A DNA stretch of 64,000 bases from Candidatus Culexmicrobium cathedralense (GCA_025061115.1 JANZKC010000003.1:32001-96000), one strand, 5' to 3'; positions 20,197-30,715 are shown, counted from the stretch's first letter. Numbers and translations: made by a program. The notes: generated by a model from the letters alone, not told the origin.

Positions 20197-21258
20197 GTGC
20201 ATGCCTCATTGAAGATACGGCGCTTCGAGGTCGCTGCATTATCATTAATGTTTGCAATGTATTTCGCAGCCATGGCAATGAAATTTCAAAGTTTAGAAGT
20301 TGCATTAAGTATTGTTGCAGGTTTATGGCTTATTCTACGAAGCAGTAAAGTTGCAGTTGAGGGCCTGAGATCTGCAGTTATGCACATGGGTCAAACTGAG
20401 TATATTGCAGGGATGATTTCGAGTTTTGCTTCAAATACTCCTGAACTTGCCGTCGCTCTGATTATGGTTATTAAGGGAATGAGCATTCAATCTAAATCTC
20501 TAATTGAAACTGCAGTTTTAACAGTGATCATTACGGCCGGCTTTGATGTTCTTGTTTTAGGCATACTAATTGTAATGATGAGCTGGAGTAAAGGAGAGCT
20601 TCCATTTCCCTATAGAGCAATTGCTCATGAAAGTGATATTATAAGGATGACGATAATAATTTGCTCATTGATGTTTTCGCTTGGGGTTATTGAAGGTAAT
20701 GAGGGTTTCATTCCTCAAGAGTTGGGATTGCTCCTAATTTTAACTTATGTTTCCTACTTGGTGCTTGCTGCTAGAAGTCAGAAGGAGCATTATGCGGAAA
20801 AGCCAAAGCTTTCAGGTAATGCTACGATCCTCTATCTTTGTGCCGGCTTTGCTTCAATGATAATTGGAGGTAAACTTTTAACTAATGTTGCTGAGCATAT
20901 TTTGCATAATCTGCACCTGCCAGTTGTTGTTACAGCGATGATTATTGGGTGCTTAAGTAGCGTACCAGAATATGGAATTATTATCTTAAGTGCCAGTAAG
21001 GGGCACGTGGAAATGGGATTAGCTAATCTTTTAGCTGGAATGACTCAATGCATTTTCATAGCGATTGGCTTGATGTCGCTTTTAACTTCAATTCCGCTGG
21101 ATGGGTACATAATGTTTCAGTTAATTTCTATAGCTGCTACTCTTTGGATGGTGAAGAAGGCGATTTTGGACGATAATAAGTTGACTTTGGATGAAGGGAT
21201 GTTTATCATAATTCTTCAGGTAATGGTTTTCATAATGCTTGAAAGGCTTAGAGCTTAA
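20197..21258 (+). CDS. Ca2+/cation antiporter (CaCA family)
   Basis: Two alpha-repeat-like motifs ASNTPEL and LSSVPEY; about 10 TMs. Confidence 0.8.
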   Translation: MHASLKIRRFEVAALSLMFAMYFAAMAMKFQSLEVALSIVAGLWLILRSSKVAVEGLRSAVMHMGQTEYIAGMISSFASNTPELAVALIMVIKGMSIQSKSLIETAVLTVIITAGFDVLVLGILIVMMSWSKGELPFPYRAIAHESDIIRMTIIICSLMFSLGVIEGNEGFIPQELGLLLILTYVSYLVLAARSQKEHYAEKPKLSGNATILYLCAGFASMIIGGKLLTNVAEHILHNLHLPVVVTAMIIGCLSSVPEYGIIILSASKGHVEMGLANLLAGMTQCIFIAIGLMSLLTSIPLDGYIMFQLISIAATLWMVKKAILDDNKLTLDEGMFIIILQVMVFIMLERLRA

Positions 21259-21313
21259 AATTAGTAGGAACTAATAAAAGATACTTTGCTAATTTTACGG
21301 TGGAGGAAGAATT

Positions 21314-21697
21314 TTGCAAATAGTAAGTGAAATTTTAAGTAAGAGTGATAATTTTTCGATGTTGATGGGTGATATTCTCAGAGTTTTAAGCTTAAGCTTT
21401 GGGAGGCTCTGGCTAAGCGAGTTAATTATGGAAATTGAGGGTTTTAGAAGTAGTTTTGGTGAGGTTGGGAAAGTTAATGCTGATGATGTTGCTGATGCAG
21501 TGGATAATCTGGAAAGGTTGAATGTATTGCAGACTGAAAAGAGATTGAGAAGCTCCATGCTTTCAGGTAGCATACCGGACTTGATGGTTACCTTGCTAAA
21601 TCTAAGTTCGGTTTTAACTATTGTTAGAAATGATCCGCGCTTTCTACAATATATGAGGTTGAAGGACGCTGCATTCAAGGATTTGAGAGGTAAATAA
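21314..21697 (+). CDS. Hypothetical protein (possible winged helix)
   Basis: GGAGG RBS; helix-helix-wing-like pattern. Confidence 0.55.
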   Translation: MQIVSEILSKSDNFSMLMGDILRVLSLSFGRLWLSELIMEIEGFRSSFGEVGKVNADDVADAVDNLERLNVLQTEKRLRSSMLSGSIPDLMVTLLNLSSVLTIVRNDPRFLQYMRLKDAAFKDLRGK

Positions 21698-21743
21698 AGG
21701 TAACTGTAAACTTTAATTTCTTTTTCATACATGATTTCTTAGA

Positions 21744-23078
21744 ATGTTCAGTCCTGAAAAGGTTATCAATAAGGCTTTGCTTTTGGGTGCTGAACGTGCT
21801 GATGCTATACTCTTAGAAGTTGATCAGGTGGAGCAAGCTTTTAGAGGAGGTATTGTTGAATCAAATGAAGCTAAGACGAGGATTTATGGCGTGAGAGTTG
21901 TAGTTTCGGGAGTTATGGGGATTGCTTCCAGCACTAGGCCTGATGCTGAAAGGCTGGTCAAATCGGCCATTAAGGCTGCTTCGATTGGCTCTAGAGCTAG
22001 GAAGCTTGCTTCTGGCGAGCTGGCTCGAGGGCGCTATAGGTTTCCCGAAGTTCATCCTGTAATTGAAAACTTCATGAGTGAAATTTCGGATTACATATTA
22101 GCATTTACTTCAGAGGTGCGTGAGCGTTTAAGTGGATTAATTAGGTTTATTGAAGTTGTTGCAACCGGAAGTAGAGTTAAGAGATTATTGGTTTCAAGTG
22201 AAGGTGTTGATGCATTTGAGGAAAAACCGTTAGTGGACTTCTCTGCTTCAGCGATAGTGTCTGGTAGGAAGGAGATATCTAGCATCGCAATTGGTGGAGC
22301 AGGTGGACTGGAGGTTGTTATTGACGTTAATCCTAAAAAGCTAGCAAAAGCTTTAATTGCAAGAAGTATTGCGGGGGCCATGGCTAGGAAGTTAAAGCCG
22401 GCATTTAGAGGTTTCGCTTTTCCAATAATATTGAGTGGTAAATCTGCTGCTGCTCTTATTCATGAAGCCGTTGGACATACTTTGGAGGCAGACGTGGCAC
22501 TTGAGAGGGGAAAGCCCATTAAGATAGGAGTTAAGGTGGCTTCCAAAGAGCTCACAGTCATCGATGATCCCCTCACTCCAGGTGGATATGGAAGTTACTT
22601 CTTCGATGATGAAGGAATAGTTGCTAAGAGAAAGACTCTCATTGAAAATGGTTTCATAGTTGACGTTCTCCATAACAGGTGGTCAGCATATGAATATGGC
22701 GCCATCCCTAAGGGTAATGGAAGAGGATTATTCTTCTTTCCAAAAGCATTAATGAGTAATATTAAAGTTAAACCTGGAGATTGGAGATTTAAAGAAATAA
22801 TTGAGGAAACAAAATTTGGATTTCTAGTGAATGACGTAGTCAAAGCAGAGCTTGTTGATGGAATGGTAACTTTAATCCCAGATGAAGCATGGCTCGTTGA
22901 AAAGGGTGAAGTAAAAACTCCAGTTATGCTTAGGGAAATCAGAATTCCCTTGAATAAAGCGCTTAATAAGATAGATGCCATTGCAAGAGAAGTGGCCTCC
23001 AGATTTACTGTAGAAAAGGGTCTTCCTATTGGTGAGTATTCGCCTCCATTAAGAATATCTGAAGCTTATGTTTTCTAG
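21744..23078 (+). CDS. TldD/PmbA family metalloprotease (TldD-like)
   Basis: HEAVGH, DDP, FDDEG, GNGR, MSN. Confidence 0.9.
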   Translation: MFSPEKVINKALLLGAERADAILLEVDQVEQAFRGGIVESNEAKTRIYGVRVVVSGVMGIASSTRPDAERLVKSAIKAASIGSRARKLASGELARGRYRFPEVHPVIENFMSEISDYILAFTSEVRERLSGLIRFIEVVATGSRVKRLLVSSEGVDAFEEKPLVDFSASAIVSGRKEISSIAIGGAGGLEVVIDVNPKKLAKALIARSIAGAMARKLKPAFRGFAFPIILSGKSAAALIHEAVGHTLEADVALERGKPIKIGVKVASKELTVIDDPLTPGGYGSYFFDDEGIVAKRKTLIENGFIVDVLHNRWSAYEYGAIPKGNGRGLFFFPKALMSNIKVKPGDWRFKEIIEETKFGFLVNDVVKAELVDGMVTLIPDEAWLVEKGEVKTPVMLREIRIPLNKALNKIDAIAREVASRFTVEKGLPIGEYSPPLRISEAYVF

Positions 23079-23335
23079 AGAAACTTAGAGGCATATGCTA
23101 AGGTTGAAACTTGTAAAAGAGCTATTGAAATTGAACAATAACTTCATTCTTGCTATTTATAAGCTAGAGGAACGGTCTATAGCATATTTCTTCACACTAA
23201 TGAGCATGCCAGGAATAATTATGCAAATTATAGCGTCACTATTAGTCGGTCCCCTGTGGAATATGGAGAATATTTCCAATAGCGATAATGCTGTACCTCT
23301 TAACATCAATTCCGATAGAATAATAAAAGTCTAAA

Positions 23336-23605
23336 TCATCCACGCCTATATGGTGTTATAGTGAAAAGAAGAATTGAAAAAACAACTAAAAGGGCAGATA
23401 AAGCATAAGGCAGTTGAGCATGAATGGATGCTATAAAACCTGCAATTAAAGGAGAAACGATCCCAATCACTTTTGAAGCAGCACTCAAAACACCCATATA
23501 AGTACCCTTAGACTCCTCAGGTATAGTTGAGTAAAGAATGTCTCTTTGAAATGGAAATGCAATTGCACCACCAATTGACATTAAAAATGCAGGATTTCTA
23601 ATCAA
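23336..23605 (-). pseudogene. C-terminal fragment of an MFS transporter
   Basis: IPEESKGTYMG..SPLIAG..PY matches the last MFS helices only; no upstream coding continuation. Confidence 0.6.
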
Positions 23606-23916
23606 AACTGTAAAATTATGTTTAATGTCATAATATGTACTTAAAAAGCATTAAAATCAGATTTTATCAAATAATATAAATTAATGTAATTGAAATCAGA
23701 TAAGAATAATAAAATATTTAAAAGAATTCATATTTAAAGATATAAAGTTGAATTCAATTGAAACATTAAAGGCTGCAAAGCGATTTCAGATGAGAAGAAA
23801 GTTACTGAGTACAGATTTTATATGAATTATTGCAATCTTTAACGATTTGTTCTTGAGAAAGTCGTAAATACGTATAAATATGTTTAAGTATGTATAAGGC
23901 AGGTGTGTGGTGATTT

Positions 23917-24246
23917 ATGGGTGAGCTTAAAGATCCAAGAGTTAAATTAACAATTACAGTTGATGAAGATGTCCTTAAAATGGCTAAAGGCAAGGCGAAG
24001 GAATGCGGCATCACTTTATCTAGAGCAATTGAAAAATTTCTTAAATTCTTTGCAGATCCCCATGTTTACTGCTTTAAATGTGGAGAGAAGTTTAGAGTTA
24101 GTGAAGCTGAGATATGCCCTAAATGCGGTTGGCTCAGTTGTCCAAGCTGCAGTGCTTGTAGGTGTGATTTAAGCGAGGAAACTGCTATTGCCATTTTTCA
24201 TATGAGGCGAGTTTACGAGGATCTATTAGTAAGAAGAATTAAGTAA
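23917..24246 (+). CDS. Ribbon-helix-helix protein fused to an 8-Cys Zn-binding domain
   Basis: KLTITVDEDVLKMAK..GITLSRAIE (RHH); CFKC, CPKC, CPSC, CRC. Confidence 0.75.
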   Translation: MGELKDPRVKLTITVDEDVLKMAKGKAKECGITLSRAIEKFLKFFADPHVYCFKCGEKFRVSEAEICPKCGWLSCPSCSACRCDLSEETAIAIFHMRRVYEDLLVRRIK

Positions 24247-24258
24247 GAGGTATTACTC

Positions 24259-24942
24259 ATGCCTTATCATAATCATAATGAAAATTTTAACCCATCAGTT
24301 AGGAGTATATCCTTAATAGCTTCTCTTTCAGCTATATACGTGATTTGCACGTTGATACCAATTTCTCCATTCATTGGAGGCCCATCCATACTAACATTAA
24401 ACTTGATAATAGTTCCTCTTATCGCGTTATTACTTAACCCCGTCGAAGCTTTGTTCGCTGCTATAATTGGTAGCTTAGTTTCCATGTGGATGATACCAAC
24501 TGCATTAGCAAATATTTTCGGTCCATCTGCGGTGTTGCTTCCAACTTTAGGTGCTTTCATGGGGAGCTTCTCAAAGTATAGATATGGAAAATTAATTGTA
24601 GGAGTATATCTCGCATTCTGCATAATGGCCTTCACTACAGCCATACCTGAATTTCCATTCTGGGTAGCTCCGCACGCTCTGGCTCTAATTCTTTGCCTAA
24701 CAGCTGAATTCATTGAAAATGAGAAAATTAAAACTATGATAATAGCATATGTCTCAACAATGTGTGAGCAAGCAATAATGATGAATCTTGCTGTTTACCA
24801 AGTCCAACTTCCATGGCAAGTTTTTGCAGTAGCATTTCCATTTATGATATATGAAAGAGTCTTAGCCGCATTTGGAGGCTTTATACTTTATATTGCTCTT
24901 AAAAAAGCACCTATACTCAGCGACCTAATTAAATCTTCTTAA
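24259..24942 (+). CDS. Membrane protein resembling an ECF-transporter S component
   Basis: Six to seven TMs; pattern IAxLSAIY...P..IG..IIVPLIALLLNP..A..AAIIG. Confidence 0.6.
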   Translation: MPYHNHNENFNPSVRSISLIASLSAIYVICTLIPISPFIGGPSILTLNLIIVPLIALLLNPVEALFAAIIGSLVSMWMIPTALANIFGPSAVLLPTLGAFMGSFSKYRYGKLIVGVYLAFCIMAFTTAIPEFPFWVAPHALALILCLTAEFIENEKIKTMIIAYVSTMCEQAIMMNLAVYQVQLPWQVFAVAFPFMIYERVLAAFGGFILYIALKKAPILSDLIKSS

Positions 24943-26327
24943 ATTTCATTATCTCCATAATTATAGTGCTTTTCAAGCCCCTTTGCGTCTTTCTTAAGTC
25001 TTTTTGCTGCTTGCTGAATCATTAATTTAACGTGAATTTCTCTTGGAGATCCTAGCACTTTCTTCATCTCTAATAATTCCTCCGTCCTGCTTGGCGGCTC
25101 CAATTTTACTTTAAGCTTGTTTAAAACGTATTTTATGACTTCATTAAAGTTCCTGCTACACTTAACTGCTTCAGCAACGAGTTGATGCATTTCCCTATAA
25201 GGTGCGCCCTGCTTCATTGAAATGTATTCAGCTAAGTATGCAGTTAATGTCATGTATTTTTCTGCATCTGCGCTCATTTTCTTCGCATTTACTTTCATTT
25301 TAAGTATGAAGTCTGCTAGGACAGTTGCACTTTCAATTGCATTCTTAAGGACTTTCCATGCATGTCTACTTATTTCCTGCAAATCCAAATTATAGCCTGA
25401 AGGTAGCCCTTTAATGATGCTTAATATGCTCATGAGAGATCCGATGGACTCTCCACTTCTTGCTCTTACGATCTCCATTGTTATTGGATTTCTCTTGTGA
25501 GGCATTATGCTGCTGGTAGCTAAGTGGTGTTCATGGGGAGTTATGTAGTTGAATTGAGGAGTGCTCCAAATAATTAAGTCCTCAGCAATCCTGCTTAAAA
25601 ATACTTGTAGGCTAGTTGTAGTGGCAGTAACTAGAGTTAGAAAGTTCCTTGCACTTGTAGCTGCCAACGTGTTAATTACTATTTTGCTCATTCCAATCAT
25701 TTTAGCAAGCTTTTTCCTATTAAGTGGAACAATCGTTCCTGCAATTGCCGCTGCCCCGAGTGGAGATTTCTCAACTATTTCATTCAGCAAAAAGCGGAGC
25801 ACATTGAAGTAACATGACAATTCCTCTTCAATGTATAAAAGGTAGTGAGCAAGTGTTATTGGCTGTGCAGGTTGAAGATGGGTGAATCCCGGCATTATTG
25901 TTCTAATGTTACTTTGAGCTTTCCCGATGAGCGCTTCTCTCAACCTATTGAGACTTGAAAGAAGTTCCAATGTGAGTGTTCGTGTGTGAAGCCTTAATGC
26001 TGCTGACACGTGATCATTTCTGCTTTTGCCGAGGCTAATCCAATTGGCTGTTCTTCCAACTTTATTTTTCAAGTAAATTTCAATTGCCTCATGCACATCT
26101 TCGGCTTTTATTGAGAATAATGGCGACGGATCTCGAATTAAATCGTCTACTACTTTTGCTACCTTATTAGCTTCGTTTTTTGGTATTAAATTTAATTCAG
26201 TTAAATGGTTGATGTGTACCTTAAGTGCTTGAAGAACTTCAGCTGCTATTTCCCTGTCATCAATCATTGATGACGTATACTTTCTAAGCCATTCGGGCTG
26301 TTTGTCTAGGAGCTTCTTCCTATACAT
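24939..26327 (-). CDS. argH: Argininosuccinate lyase
   Basis: EDVH, SRND, PGFTHLQPAQP, SSIMPHKRNP, GYNLDLQE. Confidence 0.95.
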   Translation of the reverse strand: MYRKKLLDKQPEWLRKYTSSMIDDREIAAEVLQALKVHINHLTELNLIPKNEANKVAKVVDDLIRDPSPLFSIKAEDVHEAIEIYLKNKVGRTANWISLGKSRNDHVSAALRLHTRTLTLELLSSLNRLREALIGKAQSNIRTIMPGFTHLQPAQPITLAHYLLYIEEELSCYFNVLRFLLNEIVEKSPLGAAAIAGTIVPLNRKKLAKMIGMSKIVINTLAATSARNFLTLVTATTTSLQVFLSRIAEDLIIWSTPQFNYITPHEHHLATSSIMPHKRNPITMEIVRARSGESIGSLMSILSIIKGLPSGYNLDLQEISRHAWKVLKNAIESATVLADFILKMKVNAKKMSADAEKYMTLTAYLAEYISMKQGAPYREMHQLVAEAVKCSRNFNEVIKYVLNKLKVKLEPPSRTEELLEMKKVLGSPREIHVKLMIQQAAKRLKKDAKGLEKHYNYGDNEI

Positions 26328-26348
26328 TTTGTTTCACAATTAATGCTT

Positions 26349-27563
26349 CTAGCTTATATTGGAAGAGGTTTGTTTAGCTAGTTCTCTCATTTTTTCAGTT
26401 GCAATCCTTGTTTGGAGACCCCATATTTCGATGAATCCCTTTGCGAGTGATTGGTCAAATCTACTCCAAGCTTCATATGTAATGAGATTTAAGTCGTACA
26501 GGCTAAGCGGAGATCTTCTACCTACAATTTGTACAGATCCTTTGTACAGTTTAACTTTAACCTCGCCAGTAACTCTTTTCTGCGTTGAATTTATGAATTC
26601 GTCGAGATCTTCTCGCAGCGGATCCATCCAGAGTCCTGCATAGACTAAGTAGCTCCAATGCATATCTACAATGTTCTTGAACATTACTTCATGTCTAGTT
26701 AAAGTCATTTTTTCTAGCTCCTTATGGGCTTCTATGAGTATTGTCGCGGCTGGCGCTTCATAAACTTCCCTAGACTTCAATCCCACGATTCTGTCTTCTA
26801 TGTGATCTATTCTTCCTACACCATGTTTTCCGCCGATCAAGTTTAACTCCTGAATCAAGTCTGCGAGTTTCATTCGCTCGCCATTAATTGCAGTTGGGCA
26901 TCCTTCTTTAAATTCGATGGAAACATATTCAGGCTCGTCTGGAGCTTTCTTAGGACTTGCTGTCCATTTAAAAACTTTTTCTGGCGGCTCGGCTGATGGG
27001 TCTTCAAGCACTCCACATTCAATGCTTCGACCCCAGAGATTTTCGTCAACACTATATGGGTCCTTATCTATTTTAACTGGAATATTCTTCTTAAGCGCGT
27101 ATTTAACTTCCCAATTCCTAGTTAACTTCAATTCTCTAACTGGAGCTATAACTTTCAAATTCGGAGCAAGCGCTTTAATCGTAATTTCAAACCTTATTTG
27201 ATCATTCCCCTTACCAGTACATCCATGTGCAACTGCATCAGCACTTTCTTTTAAAGCAATTTCAACTAACTTCTTTGCAATTAATGGCCTTGAAAGTGCA
27301 CTTGAAATTGGGTATTTTCCCTCATAGAGTGCATTGGCTTTTAAGGCAGGAAGTACGTAGTTTGCTGCAAATTCGCTTTTGGAGTCAATTGTATAATGCT
27401 TTACTGCACCGAGCTTTTCAGCTCTCCAAGCTATTTCATCAAAGTTCTTTGCTTGGCCCAGGTCTAAGCTCATAGTTATGACTTCAGCTCCATACTTTTC
27501 TTGAAGAATCTTCACGAGTACTGATGTATCTAAACCTCCCGAATATGCCAATACGACTCTCAT
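26349..27563 (-). CDS. argG: Argininosuccinate synthase
   Basis: LAYSGGLDTS, HGCTGKGNDQ, SVDENLWGRS, KSREVYEAP. Confidence 0.97.
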   Translation of the reverse strand: MRVVLAYSGGLDTSVLVKILQEKYGAEVITMSLDLGQAKNFDEIAWRAEKLGAVKHYTIDSKSEFAANYVLPALKANALYEGKYPISSALSRPLIAKKLVEIALKESADAVAHGCTGKGNDQIRFEITIKALAPNLKVIAPVRELKLTRNWEVKYALKKNIPVKIDKDPYSVDENLWGRSIECGVLEDPSAEPPEKVFKWTASPKKAPDEPEYVSIEFKEGCPTAINGERMKLADLIQELNLIGGKHGVGRIDHIEDRIVGLKSREVYEAPAATILIEAHKELEKMTLTRHEVMFKNIVDMHWSYLVYAGLWMDPLREDLDEFINSTQKRVTGEVKVKLYKGSVQIVGRRSPLSLYDLNLITYEAWSRFDQSLAKGFIEIWGLQTRIATEKMRELAKQTSSNIS

Positions 27564-27642
27564 ATATAATACCCAGAGAGTGCATTTGCTTTGTAAAGTT
27601 ATATTTTGCGTAATTAACGTTTCATCTAATTAATAATTTGTT

Positions 27643-28344
27643 TCATTTAGAACAATTCTCGGATCTTAAATCTAGAATGGCTTTCTCAAGAGTGGCAAAA
27701 GCTTTTGAAGCATCCTTCCTATCTACAATTAATATTGTATCTTCGTGGCATGAAATTATTTGGGTGATGTTGATTCCTTTTCTTGCAAGCAATGCAGTTA
27801 TGTATGAGATTACGCCTGGAACTTCAATTACGCTTCGCGGACTTAAAAGAATTATTGCAGATTGGTTATCGATGAAAACCTCAATATCATCCTCTCCAAT
27901 AATTTCAACAACTTTTTTCAGCTCTCTACCATCAAAAATTAGCGTGAATGTCTGCAATCCTTGAGTTAATTGAAAGAATCTCGATGCAACCACGCGTTTC
28001 ATGAGGCTGTCTAGCTTGTCAGTTAATGCTTCTTGCCTTACCGTTAAAACTACAATGTCACTTTTCAGCTCTAAAACTGTGTTAGCAATAACTTCCCTAA
28101 TTTTATTTTCAAGTATTTTATTATCCTTTATTAGTTCATCACTAAATCTAATTAAAGCCATTTTAATAGCTTCGATTCTCACGTTTCTTCTTCCTGTTGT
28201 TTTTTCAACTTCGGGTTTAATTCTCGCTGCGAGAGCGGAGTAGTTTATAACTCCCATCTTGATGCAATCCGTTATGCTTGGATGCTGAAGAATGATTCTT
28301 CGAACGGCTTCAGCAACAGAGATATCACTTCCACTATTACTCAT
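27643..28344 (-). CDS. ACT-domain protein with N-terminal helical/HTH-like domain
   Basis: INYSALA N-terminal motif; C-terminal ACT PGVISYITALLARKGINI. Confidence 0.8.
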   Translation of the reverse strand: MSNSGSDISVAEAVRRIILQHPSITDCIKMGVINYSALAARIKPEVEKTTGRRNVRIEAIKMALIRFSDELIKDNKILENKIREVIANTVLELKSDIVVLTVRQEALTDKLDSLMKRVVASRFFQLTQGLQTFTLIFDGRELKKVVEIIGEDDIEVFIDNQSAIILLSPRSVIEVPGVISYITALLARKGINITQIISCHEDTILIVDRKDASKAFATLEKAILDLRSENCSK

Positions 28345-28397
28345 AGAGCTTTACCTCAAATCAAAATGTTAAGTTGAAAGTTAAATTATAGCTATTG

Positions 28398-28688
28398 CTA
28401 CTTCTCGCGTTTTTCTTCGTCGCTTAACTTACTTAGGAACTCCTTCTTCCATTCCTCAAATTTCCTCTTGTAATCCCTTTCTATACTCTCTTCAATTCTT
28501 TTTCGCTCTCTTTCATACATTTCAGCTAGCATGGCCATGGCTTTTCTCTGTGCTTCTTCAAAGGCCTTTGTTTTCATCTTCTCCCTAAATATTCCATAAG
28601 TTAAGAATGCTCCAATAGAGAAGGAAAGTGCAGCTAGTATTGCTTCGCCAATCCAATCTACCAATGATTCACACTCCACATGTTTCAA
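28398..28688 (-). CDS. Small TM + coiled-coil protein
   Basis: One N-terminal TM followed by an E/K/R-rich helix. Confidence 0.6.
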   Translation of the reverse strand: MKHVECESLVDWIGEAILAALSFSIGAFLTYGIFREKMKTKAFEEAQRKAMAMLAEMYERERKRIEESIERDYKRKFEEWKKEFLSKLSDEEKREK

Positions 28689-28698
28689 TTATAATTAC

Positions 28699-30648
28699 TT
28701 AGTTCTGGACTTCGCCTTTTAAGTGTTTATTGAACCACCTTAGCGTATGCTTTAACCTCTTAATTCTATGGCTTGGCTTGCCAGACCTGCTAAATACATG
28801 TCCTCCCTTCATGAATAAGACAAGTTCCACAGTTTTGCCTAAGTACTTGAGTGCAGTGAAGAATAGGAGTGCTTGGTCGAACCAGCATCTGTAATCTTCG
28901 AGGCTGTGAATTATCATTAGAGGCGTTTCCACTTTAGGTGCGTGAGCTAGCGGTGATTTTTCAATGTATCCTTTCATGTTACTCCAATAATCATCACCGA
29001 TTTGATCTGGAACGAAGTGAAAGCCTATGTCTGCAGTTCCGAACTCTGCAATCCAGCTTGATATTCCATTAAGTGAAACAGCTGCCTTGAACTTATTGGT
29101 TTGAGTTACAATCCAGTTGGTCATAAATCCTCCATAGGATAAGCCCATGACGCCGAGCTTGTCTGGATCTATGAATTCGTATTTCGAAATAACGTAGTCA
29201 ATCCCCTCGATCAAATCCTTGTAATCTCGCTCCCCATAATGCCTTCTGATATCGGCAAATTCCTCACTATAGCCGTCACTTCCGCGCGGGTTTAAGTAGA
29301 CAACCACGTAGCCATTGGATGCTAAAATTTGATTCTCAAACATAAAGCTATATCCAAATGCGCTCTTCGGCCCTCCATGAATGTTTAGTATTGTTGGGTA
29401 CTTCTTCCCTGGAATCATTTCAACTGGTTTCATGATCCAGCCTTCAATCTTAACGCCATCAGAAGCTATAAACTCAAACCTTTCAGGTTTGGAAAGGCTA
29501 ACTCGCTTCAGCCACTCATCATTAAATGCAGTTAGCTTTACATCACCTCTTTCATCTTTAACCCAAACCTCAGCAGGCTCAACTTCGGTAATCTTAGTAT
29601 ATGCTATTGCATTATTTTCAATTGTAAAGTTGTCAATAATGAAATCTCCAACAATTACAGGCTCAATTTTCTTTTCGGTTAGCTTCAATTTGTAGACATT
29701 AATTCTACCTTCACTTGAGAGTGGGAAGTAGATGTAATCTCCTATCCATATTGGTGGCTGATCTACTCTAATTGGTCCGCGTACATCATAGTATACTCGC
29801 TTGCTGGAGCCTCTATCAAGTTTGCCTGTTAAGTTTTCAATATAATCTCCATCACGACTTGCAATCCAAATAGTTTCATGGGTTGCGTATCCTCTATGGA
29901 GGTCGCTTGCTCTAAAGACTACGTATTCATCATCTGGGCTCCAATTTAAAGTTCCAATCCGCATGCCTTTACCAGTAATTTTTCTAGCTTCTCCTCCGTT
30001 TACTGAAGCAATGTAGATGTAGTTTTCTAATGGTTTCATGTCATCAATTTTAGCTGCATATGCTATTTCGTCTCCTTTATTTGAAAATGTAGCTGAAACA
30101 ACATCGAAGTCTCCACTTGTTATCTGCCTAACCTCACTTGAGAGTGAGTCAACAATGAATAAGTGCTTTCTAAAGTGGTGTGTATAACCTATGCCATCAA
30201 ACCATATTGGAATCCTATTAATAGCATGCACTTCTTCATCGTGTTGTTCATCGAAAACTTTTGAAATGAACATTATACTTCTGCCATCAGAACTCCATTG
30301 CGGTGATTCAATCCCTTCCTCACGCTTTAAAACAAGTCTTGGCTCACCGCCAGAAATTGAAAGAACCCAAAGCTCGTTGCCTTTATTTCCTTCGCGCAAT
30401 GTTCTCTTAGATAAGAATAGTAATTGCCTACCGTCAGGGGACCATCTTGGCCAATAGTCCTTATCTCCACTAGTGGTTAGCCTTACTTCGCCAGTAATCC
30501 TGTCGATAACCCAGATATTCATAATGTAGTCGTCTTTAACTTCATCTACGCGAATCGTAACGAATGCGATCAAGTCGCCTGAAGGAGATATTTGAGGGTC
30601 AACGACGGAAATAATTTTGTTTAAATCTTTAAGTTCAAGCTTCCTCAT
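28699..30648 (-). CDS. S9 acylaminoacyl-peptidase / prolyl oligopeptidase family
   Basis: WSPDG propeller repeats, HGGP, GLSYGG nucleophile, ED..C, GH. Confidence 0.93.
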   Translation of the reverse strand: MRKLELKDLNKIISVVDPQISPSGDLIAFVTIRVDEVKDDYIMNIWVIDRITGEVRLTTSGDKDYWPRWSPDGRQLLFLSKRTLREGNKGNELWVLSISGGEPRLVLKREEGIESPQWSSDGRSIMFISKVFDEQHDEEVHAINRIPIWFDGIGYTHHFRKHLFIVDSLSSEVRQITSGDFDVVSATFSNKGDEIAYAAKIDDMKPLENYIYIASVNGGEARKITGKGMRIGTLNWSPDDEYVVFRASDLHRGYATHETIWIASRDGDYIENLTGKLDRGSSKRVYYDVRGPIRVDQPPIWIGDYIYFPLSSEGRINVYKLKLTEKKIEPVIVGDFIIDNFTIENNAIAYTKITEVEPAEVWVKDERGDVKLTAFNDEWLKRVSLSKPERFEFIASDGVKIEGWIMKPVEMIPGKKYPTILNIHGGPKSAFGYSFMFENQILASNGYVVVYLNPRGSDGYSEEFADIRRHYGERDYKDLIEGIDYVISKYEFIDPDKLGVMGLSYGGFMTNWIVTQTNKFKAAVSLNGISSWIAEFGTADIGFHFVPDQIGDDYWSNMKGYIEKSPLAHAPKVETPLMIIHSLEDYRCWFDQALLFFTALKYLGKTVELVLFMKGGHVFSRSGKPSHRIKRLKHTLRWFNKHLKGEVQN

Positions 30649-30715
30649 GCAATCACCAATTTAGATTCGATCGAAAATAGTTAAAAAGCTAATTATCAGG
30701 CGATGGATGCACTCG

